A DNA stretch of 58,656 bases, counting the filler, from Basidiobolus ranarum (lineage: Eukaryota), in the NCBI GenBank assembly GCA_040143965.1. It is 4 parts of 4 records of this genome, joined end to end, with 100 filler letters (N's around TTAATTAATTAA, not from the genome) between each part and the next. Parts side by side here need not be neighbours in the genome. Positions count along the whole stretch, not along the records: positions 1 to 14,631 come from JASJQH010000418.1; 3 more parts are not named here. One strand, given 5' to 3'. A program made the position numbers and the translations under genes. A model generated the notes under the pieces. That model saw only the letters and a program-made list of their open reading frames with translations, made no database searches and was not told the origin of the DNA. This document shows positions 1-12,944 of this stretch, piece after piece (the first letter of the stretch is position 1; every line of letters begins with the position of its first letter).

Positions 1-2711
1 GGTAACCGATTGGATGCATCATCCCTGTTGAACATCAGGGCTGGCGCACAGGGGCGTGCGCTGCCGGGGGGTGGAGATACAGTGGAGGTTTGAGTGGAGG
101 TGTGCTCCAAAGATAGTGCCCCAAATTTACTAATTGATTTAGGATTCAGCCCTGAAGATTCGGTGATCACCGTCGCAATAAAAATGATTTGAAGTTCGAA
201 TGGCTTTGGTAACTGAACATCGAACCGGATCCCAGCAATTACCCAAGATGGATAGAATACTAGTCTGAATCGAATCTCCTCATAAAGTCGTCGGAAGACC
301 CCGGCCAGTTGTCGATTGAGATGGTCGGGAGCACCACCAATGCTAACTTGTTTCATCAAAGTAATGGTCTGTGTGTTTATCTGGGTATCAGTAGATTGAA
401 GACCATCACGACTCAGCAGGCTGGAGTTTGGAAGATATTCAGTGCTAGACATTTCGAAGTTCTCAGGCATCTCGGGATCAAATAAGACTGCCATAAAGTC
501 TTCGTCAGCATCATCATCAATCTGGATGACCAGGTTGCTATGCCTGGTATCATAATCATCGAGTTCACTACTGGATGAGGATTCACTACCGCTGTCAGAA
601 TCCTCTCCATTAGCTTGAAGATGTGGACCAACGGAAACGCCGTCGATCTCAGAGGCATTAGCTCGCTGCTCTAAGGCCACCTCCATTAGCTCTCTGTTCT
701 TCTCACCGATCTCTAAGATCCTTCTTTGAATCTCCAGCAGATTCCTATCTTCTTCATCAATAACTTCGAGGTTTCGAGAGATTTGCAACGAAGGGGGCAT
801 TGGCAGTGCAGAAAGATAACACGCCGTTCCAGAAGCCACAGCAACAATCAAAGAGTCACCAACTGCTATTTTCAAACGAAGCCCAAATATCGCATTCATA
901 CAATGGATCTTTAGCTTGTTCATCAACTCACGATGAATATCGTACTCAACGAATGGTATAGCATCACTGACAATCGAGGCATTCGACTCACCATCTTTGT
1001 TTTTCTTTGTACGACATACATGCGCCTCTACGTAGCAGCTCTTGCCAATCACGTCTAGCTCGGAAGGAAGTTCGGTGGTAGAGAGCAGAATCTCAGATAC
1101 GTACTTTTTCTTACATCCTGCACATCGAACGAGCTTTATAGGGAAGGGGGAACTATGAATACTGTAAGGGATATGGCACATGCGGCATTCTAGAGACATT
1201 GGTGAGTATTAGGTCGTGGGGAAAAGAGAATGACAAGATAACTTACCTTCGGGTTCCTTTCTACGTCTCTTTCGTTTGAAGGTGGATTCGTAAAAGAACC
1301 TTTCTTTCAAAGAACTAGAATAACTTCTAGGCATATACATGGGATTGACACCGGCCTCCTCGTGAATGAATCCACTTGGCTGCATTCCAGCTAACGGGTA
1401 GAATATGGACAAGTCCACTATGGCTGCGGTACCTACAGCAGACAACACGCAGAGATCATCGTTGATCGTAATACTCTCAGAATACCCGATTACATGAGGA
1501 CACCCTAAAACCTTAGCGTGCGACTTGATTTCATCTCTAAGCTCATCCCACCAAGCCTCACGAGCATCAGTCCTGTCATTCTCAATGAGCTTGACCGAAC
1601 GGGCAGCCACGACACCACCCATGCGTAGGATAGAACCAGTGGGAAAATCTTGTAAAGTGAAGATTTGTTGATCCAATGTCTTAATAGTGTTGAAACTACT
1701 CTTTCTACTTCGTTCAGTAAAAGATCGTGCCACATGCTTAATACTATTTCGATCTTCAGAGTCATTACCTGCACTACGATGTCGAAGATCTGAGGTATTG
1801 AGGTTGCCATTACCGTTATTAATGGGAAGTCCATTGACTTCTTGCTGATCGTCACTTTTAGCTTCCTCTACTTCAGAATCGCTCTCACTGACTGGCTCTT
1901 CAAAGAACTCATTTTGACCGATGTTGGTATAAATTCGCTCCATAGGCGAAGTAGTGGAATCGATACCAGCTAATCTAACTGCGGTACCAATAGCTCTAGC
2001 AGTAATTGTATTTTCTTCGCTTTCATAATCGAAAGATTGTTGATACCCGAGCACAGCGTTTCCACCCAGTTCCAACACTTTTCTGCCTAATAATCTTCGT
2101 AGTTGACCGGACATTCTATACAATAAACGTTGACGTGACTCATTAGAGGATCTAGGCGTACGAAAACTATCACTCCAATGGTATTCAGGGTCATTCTCGC
2201 ACAACAATGCGTCTACAAATCCGTACATGGCTACAATAGGGAATTTTTCTGTGACAGTAGATATAGAGAAAAATTGAACTCCAGCGGAAGAGTCTTTGAA
2301 AGGATTTACATCCCCAAAAAATTGGATCTTCACTTGTACATAAATCTCACCACGAACCCCTCTAAGTGTATCGTAAATTGGGAACCAACCAGCTATTTGT
2401 CTAGGTGAACCCCATAAAAGTAGGGGATTTAGATCGATTAACACGGAACCTACCGCATCATTGGCAGTGATAGTATCATAATCCAATACTTTTAACTCTA
2501 AAGGCTCATTTTGAAGATCTCCATCGTCAGTTACTTCTACTCGAAAATCTGCGTTCCATACTGGGTTCAAAGTTTTACGACAAATAGAAGTACGTTGAAC
2601 ATCATAATCGGCAAATCTCACTTCTACATACGCATCAGTCAATTCTGATTTTCGATCCATCACAGGCAAATCTCTAGCACTGTGGACTTTGATTTTCAAT
2701 ATACATGGCAT
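1..2711 (-). CDS. C2CD5: C2 domain-containing protein 5-like (N-terminal C2 domain plus YbjQ-like repeats); 3' end runs off the window
   Basis: N-terminus MPCILKIKVHSARDLPVMDRKSELTDAYVEVRF, NPFKDSSAGVQFF, ELGGNAVLGYQQSFD, GGVVAARSVKL and REAWWDELRDEIKSHAK all resemble C2CD5. After a GTAAGT intron (~1193-1247) the frame continues CRMCHIPYSIHSSPFPIKLVRCAGCKKKYVSEILLSTTELP toward position 1. Confidence 0.85.
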
Positions 2712-3122
2712 AATATAAAATAACTCAAATAAGATGAATGGTTGGGTTGGGTTGGTTTGGCTTTTCCTATAACTTGAAAAAGGGATACGAGTTTACGTGA
2801 AATGGAATAATTATCGAGAATTTTTTCACTGTTTACTAGAGTAGTCGTAAGACCGTTTCAAATGAAACTGAGTACTGTTGTGAACTAAAGGTAGATAGGA
2901 ATAAATCACCCAAATCACCTAAATTCATTATTCAATTCATTTTCTCGGTACCTTCAATTTTTCAAACCTAATTGAAATTCACCTGACATATATACAATTT
3001 ACCTAAATATCATTAATGCTATATTTTAAAATATCCCGTTTTTGGGATCAATTTCCACGTTTATTAATGATTAATGAGGGGTTTAAGAAATTGATGAAAT
3101 TATTGATTACTGTTTAACATGA

Positions 3123-6100
3123 TTAGGCTTGAGATAAACTTCTACGAACTGCAAGAACCGAATCCTAGGAAATTCGCAAAATCAAAATATTAGTGAACGA
3201 TTCAACAGAAAAATAAGAAATTATGGATATTTACCACAATCACCGCATCTACACCATATTGCTTCTGCCTTTTGACGTGTACAACATCATTGTTCAAGGA
3301 ACCATAAGTGAATAGTAAAAGTCCTGTCTCCTTAATGGTACGAATCAACTTGGGTGCCTCCAGGATGGGATCCGATATGGTAACAATCCCAAGCAATCCG
3401 GCATACTTGGCGAAACGAACCGCATCTTCGATGGAGTTGCATCGAGTATCAGCCATTCGGGTTACACCAGCATCTGTTAGCAAGAACACTGGATAATTCG
3501 GCTGCTTCAAACTAAGCAATAAACAAATATCTGGATGGAATGAGGAGAATATGATATTGCGCTCGCCAACGTTATCATAAACGCAGGCCAGTACGTGGTC
3601 TACGAATTCATTGATATCGCAATTACTCCATAACATATCCCCTTCAACCTCATCAACCATAGGATACTTGACTTCGATGTTAAATCCTATAAATTTCGGA
3701 ACATGCTGTAAAAAGAATATTAGCATTCTACCACTGGTGACTGGAATGATTTGAAAGCTAAACTGACCGTAAATACTTCCTCCAAAGTGGCAAATGGTGC
3801 TTGAATTGTGCCAAGCCCATTTCCTTTCATGTTCTCCGGGCTGGCAGAGAATATGGACCCGTAGCCATCGGGCGAGTGAGAGCGTGGAATATGGAAACTC
3901 TTGGAGCGACCTCTATGCCTTGCCTCCCTAAAGGCATCCTTTCTCTCGCGTATTTTATCATCCTCATTGCTGAATTGGAGTCCCACCTTATCTGGACGAA
4001 GACCACGGAATTGCTTTAAAGTAATAGCGTTAACAGGAACATCAAACCCGGTCTCCGTTATGGTCCAGTCGTGGTAGATAACGGGCACATGATCACGAGT
4101 TAGTTGAACATCTGTAATCAATAATTTAGGTTCACAGCTTACGCATTCACCACAAATTTTTAACTAACCAAATTCAATATATTCAGCACCAAGAGATGCC
4201 GCAGTAACGAAAGAAAGGACCGTGTTTTCACCAACTTGTAAATGTCCCTGTCCGGCAATCTTTTTATTGGCGCCAAGTCCTCTGTGGCCAATAACCTAGT
4301 AACTCTGTTAGAATCTGGGGTATTGAATGCAAAAAAATGATCATACCTTAGTAGTGATCGATTTCCAGTAAGTGTTTTGTGATCCCACTACCAAATTCCT
4401 ATGCACAAAAGGCTTGACAATGGTGAAGTCAAAATAAACCGTCCCGATCACGTCCAGATTATCACTGGCAACAATAGGGACCGAAACACTTCCTCCCAAA
4501 CTGGATCTATTTCTAGTACTAGCGGAGCGTAATGAGCCTACAGAGGCGGTGGCACGACCAACAATCTTTTTGGAAGAGCCATAGGTAGGCACAACGTCAA
4601 ACTTAAGTACCACATCATCCACGCTTTTAGTATAGAACATGATTGGATCTGCTGCTAGAGTCCTCACGGGTAGATCCACATACGCAGGTTCACCCTCCAC
4701 ATGAGAAGCTGATATTACCAGTGAGAGTGAAGTACTTGGGACCATGGAAATAAGAGAAATATCACTATTTTTAAGCTCTACTGGTGGAACAGTGACTCGG
4801 GTATCATTGGTACCAAGAGTAATAACAATAACGCTTTGGTTCTGTAAAAATCTGTGTCCGTAGGCGCGATCCACCTGAATGATAGTCTCAGTTATAGAGT
4901 CTTTTGCGCTTTCCGAATTTGGCTTGGGTAAACTCTCAGAAAGCTCCGTTATTTGATCAGCACTCTCTGTTCGAATAAGTTTGGCCGCTTCATGATGACC
5001 GCGATAAACTGCGTGCTCGTGAGGTGTCCAATCATTGACATCCTTGGCCGATTTGTCCGCACCAGCTTTGACAAGCAGGTCGATTACCTCTAAATGGCCC
5101 TCAATCGCTAGAGTGTAAAGATTAATATTGGAATCAAATGATATAATGTTAAAGGTCACTAACCAGCTAAGAAAAGTGGTGTCCAGCCATTGAATTTTTC
5201 TCTCGCTTCCAAATTGACTTTTCGTTTATCGAAGTGCTTTCCTTCTCCGTCGATTCGATTCTCGGAAGTAACATTGCTTAATCCAACCAAAAGCTTAATG
5301 CAGTTACTGTATCCATCTCTAGCTGCAAGATGAAGAGGCGTCTCTCCGTCGTCATCAGCAAGATTCACATCTATGTCATGTTCAAGTAAGACCTTAACAA
5401 CATTATCATGTCCGAGCTTACATGCAATGGCGAGAGGATTCTGTAAATAGATGTTATTAGCAGGTTTGGTAGGCAAATGGGACTGAACAACTCCAGACCC
5501 AAATACGTGGTCGGATGGAATTGGTGGCACCACGACAGCTAGATTCAAGGATACTTTGTAAGCGATAGACTCAGCATAAATAATATTGAAAACCCTACCA
5601 GTACTATCAGCAACAGTGCTTTTAGAGTGGCCTCCCTCTATTAACATACGCACAATCTCTGCGTGGCCGTTGATCACGGCATAAAAAAGAGGATTGAATC
5701 CTTCATGGTCGTACCACAAATCGTCTCTAAATCCATTCCCATTGACGAAAAGGTCCGTATCCAGCAAACAATTCACCAGGCATTCGGTTATCTTGGGGTA
5801 TCCATTCAAAGTGGCATAATGAAGTGGGTGGCGCCCAAAGATGTCAGGGTGTTTGTAGAGAATATTTTTGGGAAGATACTCGAAAATAATTGAAAGCAAA
5901 GTGGGATCATCCGAAGAGTCTATTGGCTTAGGGGAAGATGGTGCAGTTGGAGGTAGTAAAGGGGAACGGACAATGTATGAAGAGGCTTTAAGTAGCGAGA
6001 AGTAATCCTGCTGAGGCTTCCTATTAGGTGATTCGGGGAAGGGGATCTCCTCTTTCGATTTCAAAACGCCTCCATTAATTACCAGTTTATGGATCAGAGA

Positions 6101-7276
6101 GCGTTCATTGACATCCTTGGTACTTTCGATGTCAAATAATCCGTTCTCTAAGATTACTCGAAGGCAATCGAACGCCTTTAGTTGACATATTTTGTACATA
6201 AGTTTAGTGGCCATCTTTTTGTATTGGTAGGAGTCTTCTCCATATCTTTTGACTGAGGAGTTTTGTTTGATTTGATTCAAGATTTCCAATAACTGCGGGC
6301 CATTGTTTTCATGCAAAGCATTCTTCAGTTGAGTCTCAACGTCCAACGAAATCAACGACTTTATAGCCTTCCCAGTTTCGTCAGTGGACTTGACTTGCTG
6401 ATTCTTCTCATTGCGCAACTTCATATGAGTTACCAAATCGTTGATTTTGTCCAACATGTCGTTGAGTACAGGTGAACAGGCAAATGGTAAGAGCTCAACC
6501 TATGATGCATATTAGCGAACCCATCAATACACAGTTTATAGAGTGGTAGGAAACATACTTTGGATTCCAAATATGATGTCTTGATATTCATCGATAACTT
6601 TTTGTCGAATCTAACGGAAGATTGCATCATTTAGTCACAAATATATGTAATATGTGTTATAGCTCGATAAACTTACTTCTTAAGAATCTTAAAGAATCCT
6701 TGCTTATTCACTTCACCAAAGCGTAGAATTTTGTGCATATGATTGCGAGTCTCTATGAGAGAAGCTAATAACTCGGACTCCTCCTCGGGATCGTTAAAGG
6801 ACGCACCAATTTCATTTTCTTCTTCTGGTAAAGAGCTTTGGCTATCATTCAGAAGGATCTGACGATATTTCTCATTTAAGATGGCCATTCTTCTTTCCAT
6901 CTCGGCTCTTTTGTAAAGATAAAAACCATTTACTTTTTCAAGTTCGCGATCCAAGGCATAAGAAAATTCTAACGCGAACCACGTTCAAGGGACAGAACAT
7001 AAATTGGTTATTGAGGAGAACTTAGGAGGAGTTTACAGACTGTTCATACCTGTAAAAATGTCTTCAACTGTGAAATTTGGATTACTGCTCCTGTCCTTTT
7101 TTATCTTTTTGATCACTTGTTTAAGGCCTTTGTATGAAATGTAATTTCTAGTTACAATGCAGAGAAAGCTAAGTAAAATGGACGCAGGTAAGATGTGTCT
7201 TTGACACTTTCAAGTGCAGCTATTACCTAGACCATTCTGGGACTTGAATCCTTAACAAAGTCTTTCCGAACTTCAT
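3123..7276 (-). CDS. GDE1: Glycerophosphocholine phosphodiesterase Gde1 (SPX + ankyrin repeats + GDPD), multi-exon
   Basis: Start MKFGKTLLRIQVPEW (SPX signature), ELEKVNGFY, GFFKILKK; ankyrin motifs GRHPLHYAT, GETPLHLAA, GWTPLFLA; GDPD motifs VIGHRGLG, ENTVLSF, DVQLTRDHVPVIYHD, NIEVKYP, IIFSSFHPD; last exon DSVLAVRRSLSQA-stop at 3123. Confidence 0.93.
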
Positions 7277-7864
7277 GGTTAGTGTGACACGCGATACCAA
7301 AGTCGGCTTGCACTGGTGAAGAGCTGGGACAAAGGTGAGATGAAAAATTGGTGATAGTTGAGCCGGGTACCTTTATCCGAAGTTGGTTTTTTTAAAACAC
7401 ATAACATGGATGGGATAAAATATACGTTGCAAGTCACAGTTCCTATTAGAAATCAATTAGGGGAAAGCTGCCAGTAGATGATGGAGGATGTACTTCAAAT
7501 GCATTACAAATTTGTAAGTGGATATTGGAGCAAACTGCACTACCAATTCGGTTTCTTACCAGATCGCTTGCTAGTTGGCTTGAGTGATATATCAATGCAT
7601 CCCATTGGGTAATTTATTTTATGTATCACCTTTGTATATTCCTTTTTTCTATCCACCTATTTTTGGCGTTGATGACCTTACAAACACAACTACGATCCCT
7701 TATAGAAAATTACTAGTTAAGAGTTGGTGGAAGCCACAGAAAATCCACGAATGAGTATTTATATCGTGATTCATATGACCATGTTTTATAGTGTTCTTTA
7801 ATTATTATTCATTCAGCTGAAGTCGTAGATTCCCATGAGGTCGGAACAATTAGTGCGCAAAGGG

Positions 7865-7916
7865 AGTGATATGATGAAGCGAAGTGATATGATGAAGCTG
7901 TGATATGATGAAGCTC
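7865..7916. repeat. Three near-tandem copies of GTGATATGATGAAGC in the GDE1/RCN1 divergent intergenic region
   Basis: Read directly: gtgatatgatgaagc-gaa-gtgatatgatgaagc-t-gtgatatgatgaagc. Confidence 0.8.
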
Positions 7917-8011
7917 TGAGGAAAGAATACGGATGCGATTGCATTGCGAATTTGGTTAGCATACACTGTTCTGATGCTGCGTCTTTGCAATATGGGTAGA
8001 TCCACCTCACT

Positions 8012-8019
8012 TGAGCCGC
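8012..8019 (-). promoter_or_regulatory. Candidate calcineurin-dependent response element (Crz1-type) upstream of RCN1
   Basis: TGAGCCGC, reverse complement GCGGCTCA, matches the yeast GNGGC(G/T)CA consensus ~165 bp upstream of the calcipressin ATG. Short motif, could be chance. Confidence 0.35.
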
Positions 8020-8182
8020 AATTCAGCCAAGACGATTGGAAGTCGGCCACTCTTTTTTGCTCACAAGATCAAGGCTAAACCAGAGACTAAGATCGAATGG
8101 ATATAAATTTAAATGGATGCTTCAAGGTTATCAAGTATTTTGTAGACTGTCTTTTTCATACCCTTTGCTTAGAGCCTCCCAA

Positions 8183-8949
8183 ATGACTACAAGTGAACCC
8201 ACAAACACTCTGATCTTTACCAACCTAGTCAAAGATGCATTCCTAGAAGAGAATCTTAAGAATCTAAAAGCGTCCATTGAAGAACATGGCTCAATCATGA
8301 ATTACGCTCCAATTAAATCCTTCTCTAGACTTTTGGTTAGTTTCGAAAAAATCGAGGATGCTTTGTATTGTAAAACCAAACTGAACGGAACTGTCTTTAT
8401 GGGAGGTGAAATCAAAATATACTTTGCTGAGGTAAAATATACCCATGTTACATAAATTTCCCCTAGTATTCCTTTTCTGACATCTTACCTCTTACATAGT
8501 ATAACTATACAATAACTGAGGCCACAGAACATATGTTGAAACTTCCCGATAACGATAGACTTTGGTTAGTTTCTCCACCCGGTTCCCCACCAGTTGGTTG
8601 GATGCAAGAGCGTGAGGAACCTCCAAACGATGCAACTCTCGCTGAAGATCTTCTCCATGCCTTACGTAAATTGGTAGACAAAGAAGAGATGGAAATCTCA
8701 GATGATTCATCACTCCATTCCAACATTTCCTACCCGATGTCTAGTGATGAGCCTACTTTTAATATTCAAACATCTAACGGTGAAGAAGAGCTACCTGTCA
8801 TTACAGTACAGGATTGGGAAATCCCCAAAAACTTTGATTCTTCACTCAACCTCTCTTCGAATAATACTTGTCAAATGTTATTCGACCCAACCGAGACACG
8901 CCGTGAACTAGTTGTTCCCAAGACGGCACTTCCTCCGATTCTTAGATAA
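8183..8949 (+). CDS. RCN1: Calcipressin / regulator of calcineurin (RCAN family), two exons (intron ~8432-8499)
   Basis: RRM-like PTNTLIFTNL...IKSFSRLLVSF; SP motif WLVSPPGSPPVGW; PxIxIT-like PVITVQ; C-terminal PKTALPP. Confidence 0.92.
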
Positions 8950-9351
8950 ACATTCCCATAGTATAGAAAGAAGTTGGTGAGAAATACCTACAATAAGTCT
9001 TAAACACACTCTAAAGTTTACATCTGACTTGGAAATAGATGGATTCGCTTATTATCTAATTCACGTTGATATCGGTATTTCTGTGGAGGCTTTTTATCCC
9101 ATTTGCTAATATACGCTTATAATATTGTATTTTACATTTGTATTCTTATATTTATTGACTCTTCTCAGACATGTCGTATATATGTTGCCCAAGTAAGAGT
9201 TGGTTATTGTTAAGTGAATAAAATTACATCAAAATGAAAAGCTCATTGCTTTGGCAGTTACCAACAAATAAAGCTTCACTAATCAACAGTGCAAAGAAAA
9301 AGCAATGTATTTGGGAGATTATTAAATGGGTGAGGATGAATGTTTGGTGAG

Positions 9352-11209
9352 TTACTGTAGTTGAGGATAGTCTGGGTACATGGCCTGGAAGCGCTGGATT
9401 GCCTCTACTGATTCGGAAAATCTATTGAAGGTATTAAATAGGGCCACGATTTCGGAGCGTTGAAGAAGGTTGGAGTTGGACTTTCCACTATAAATCAACG
9501 CAAACTTTAGTAAGATGACAGAATGAATACGGTATTTCAAGTCTTACCCAAATTTATGGTCATCATATGAGAATAGAACCTTTAGCGCGGTACCCAAACC
9601 AGTAGTTTGGATTTTACCCCATAAACGACATTTCTCACATCCGACACAGTCCATGATTCTTGAAACGTTACGGAAGTGATCTCTGAATTCCTCTTTCAGA
9701 ACATGTGAGCGAGGATCACTAAAGAAGGCCTTCTCATTGAAGGTTGGGGGATAGGCCGACGTGGCCGATACTACATTGTTCACCAAATTCTACAGAAAAT
9801 AAGTCAGTCTTGGCTCAGATAAATGTAAGCAGACAGCGTGGAGCTAACCTTGACTTCATCGTCAGCTTGCTTATTGCCACTGCAGAAGTCATATGTGGTG
9901 AGGTATTTGGACATCTTGTTGATGGCTCTGAGAACGATCGCATAATTGAAGTAGACGTTTTCAATTCGTTCGGGGAATTTACCAACGCGGTAATGATAGC
10001 AAGGCATGTTGTGTCCCTGAAATGAATGTTGGTCGTATATTCTAACTAAACATGAAGAAAGATGGCTAATTACCCATTCACCCGTGGTCTTATTGTAGAA
10101 TTCGTCGCAAACGTGGATAGAGATAGAAGCATGAAGCCCAGATACCAATCTATAAAACACTCGCTTCTCGAGGCAAGAGTCTTGATCCTCGGGACTTGTC
10201 AAAGCGTTATCCATATGGGAAATATGGTCATGCTTGCTGTCACTCTTGAAACAATTTTCTTCGTAAATTGATTGCCAAATTCGGTTGGCGGAGTCGCCCG
10301 AATAACCAGTAAACCGTTCCGGATTGTTAACCAAATTAACGTAAACGCCATCTATTCAATAAAACGCAATTAGAGGTTTGTGGTGGGTAGAGTATTGGGG
10401 TTCATGCTTTATGTGAATTACCTTCAGAATTCTCTGCTTCCACCAAGCAAAAGTCTTTATCGGAATATTCACATTTTTTAATTGGTTGGAATCCCTGATA
10501 GAAAGCAAAGTGTTGGTTATATTTGATTCCGATACTCTTTATACTTTCAATACACTTACGAAAGTGGCAGGTGTAAAATCAATGGCCCCTAATTTATTTC
10601 GAAGTTCTTCAGGAACTTGATTCTATTCAAAGGAATTATGCTGTTAGATTACGAGTACCGATACCGTTGAATAAGTTAGACCTCTTACCTCGTCAAGAAT
10701 CTCCACTGCACAGTCTCTTTGTACACATAAGCCACCCACATCCCAGAACGGGCATTGCTTGTATAAATTCAGCTTAAAATGACAAGAGATTGAGTCCACG
10801 TTCAAAAAATATTCTTAGGATAATACCTTAAATACCTTATAATGACTGAAGAATGGTGTGCGGATTAAAGTACGAAGGTGTGAACTAAGATCCTCATTCA
10901 CCTGGTTTAAGGTGTCGTATTCACTGTGTGCGTCTCCAATTTGACCAGTTGGCTAGAAATCCGTCAGATAAGAGCTGGTGGGAAGATATATTTTGACTAG
11001 ATACTTACTACTTTTATGAAGGGTTGAATGGCTTGTTTGGTGGAATTTTCATGAACAGCATTATTATTGTTCTCAAGTATGGTTGGAAACCAAATGGTCA
11101 GACTGATAGCAGCGATAGCTATGGGTATTATGAATCTAATGATACGAATAGTTGTACTCTCGGGAACTTCTTCCTTCTCAGCTTTAGAAGCTTTCTTTGC
11201 TCTTGCCAT
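9352..11209 (-). CDS. ERO1: ER oxidoreductin 1, multi-exon
   Basis: [90 protein letters not shown]-terminal hydrophobic anchor in exon 1. Confidence 0.95.
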
Positions 11210-12061
11210 GCTGATGTTGATATGGGTAGTGTAAAGGTTTGTAAGAAGATAGCGAACAAAGAGTACTGGAATACTTTCCCTTCGGAATGGAAATAGAGAT
11301 ATATATATGATACATTTCCTTGGAATGAATGAACCTTCGAATTTAATTATACTATTCCCCGTTGACCCAGCTTGCGGATTTTGAATGGTCTAGGTTAATC
11401 TGCACGATTATAGAATGGATAAGGCAAGTTCCGATTGGCTCATCGGGTTAGATGAAGTGATGATTCTGGGTACTATGAAGCAAGAGTATATGTATAGCTG
11501 AACTACTGGTTGATAATAAACAAGTTGTACTCCGACTTTCTCGAGTCTAGGCCATTTATGTTTCTTGATGAAATTTGCGCCAGTTGGAAGTATCCAGCGC
11601 AGATATCTACCACATATATCTACAACACGTATCCTACGCTATATTGCGCCAACTAGAAATTTCTACATCATATGACTAAGCAATCATCTACCTTACCAGT
11701 AATGGAAGTGATGGGGATAACTGGTAGACGAGCTGGCAGACGAACTGGCAGATGAAGCCTCTCATCTAAATGATCTGGTTGTAGAAACCGAAGAGTAGAG
11801 TCGATGGGATTTCAGTGTGGTTTCTGTTCTATACTTTTGTGCAGAGAGATAATACTAGAAGTGTTCCGAAAGATTGTGTAGATACTTGGCAATACTATCA
11901 AGCAGAGACTCTATGTTCAAGATAAAAACCATCCGTGTCAATTATTATCATTCTTGCTATTTCTCCCATATGTACCTCGCTTTCTCTAAATTCTTTTCAG
12001 TATCATATTAACTTGGCTAGAAATGGTTGTAATCAAGAGAATTTAGGATAATGGAAATAAA

Positions 12062-12119
12062 TGTGTGGTTTAGTGTGTGGATTAGTGTGTGGTTTAGTGT
12101 GTGGATTAGTGTGTGGTTT
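12062..12119. repeat. 12-bp minisatellite TGTGTGG(T/A)TTAG, about five copies with alternating T/A variants
   Basis: Read directly from line 12061. Confidence 0.85.
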
Positions 12120-12241
12120 GTATTTACTACTTAATTCAGTCGATATGAATGGCTGAATATATTCCCCTGGTTTTCATGAAAAGTTGGGTTATTTCTAATT
12201 GATCAGATATATTTACTTTTGAGGTAAGCTGAAGATATAGC

Positions 12242-12405
12242 AAGCATTAATTATTTATGTTTATAGCATGTAATGCTTAATTTGTATAATTCCCAATAAT
12301 CTTCTAAAATCTAGTGAAGTTGAAAGCATTAATTATTTATGTTTATAGCATGTAATGCTTAATTTGTATAATTCTCAATAATCTTCTAAAATCTAGTGAA
12401 GTTGA
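12242..12405. repeat. 82-bp tandem duplication, two copies with one mismatch
   Basis: aagcattaattatttatg...ctagtgaagttga at 12242-12323 and 12324-12405 (ccc vs ctc difference). Confidence 0.9.
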
Positions 12406-12944
12406 TTTTCCTATTGTTGCTCCCCAATCGTTACTCATACCACCCCTAGTTGGACAGTGAACTTATTTGTCCCAGGTCTTAGCATAAGCGATAGTCAAAG
12501 TTTCTAGATAATCTGGATGCATCAATCATATACTGATCTGGCCTAGGTGCTAAATAATAGGTACTAAATAATAGGTGCTAAACTCCAAACGTGAGAAAGT
12601 GTCAATGAATTTCTAAACAAGAAAGAGAGCTTATGAAAATTGATATTAGGAATAACAATATTAAAGTAGATTAAAAAATTCTTTGCTGTTTATCTTTAAC
12701 TCCATTATTACAAACAATTTGTGGTTGCATCTCTGATGGCGTGACAGTAGTACCAGTTTAAATCTTTTGCTGATCACATCAACATCACCAATATTAGTAG
12801 AATATTCTTACATTAATCGCTTGTACAACGCCACCTATACTATTGACTTCAGCGGTACATCACTATATAAGAGCGATTGCTCCAACTACTCTTCAGTAAG
12901 CTAAACAACGAACAGCAATTACTACTACTTGACGAATAAACACA

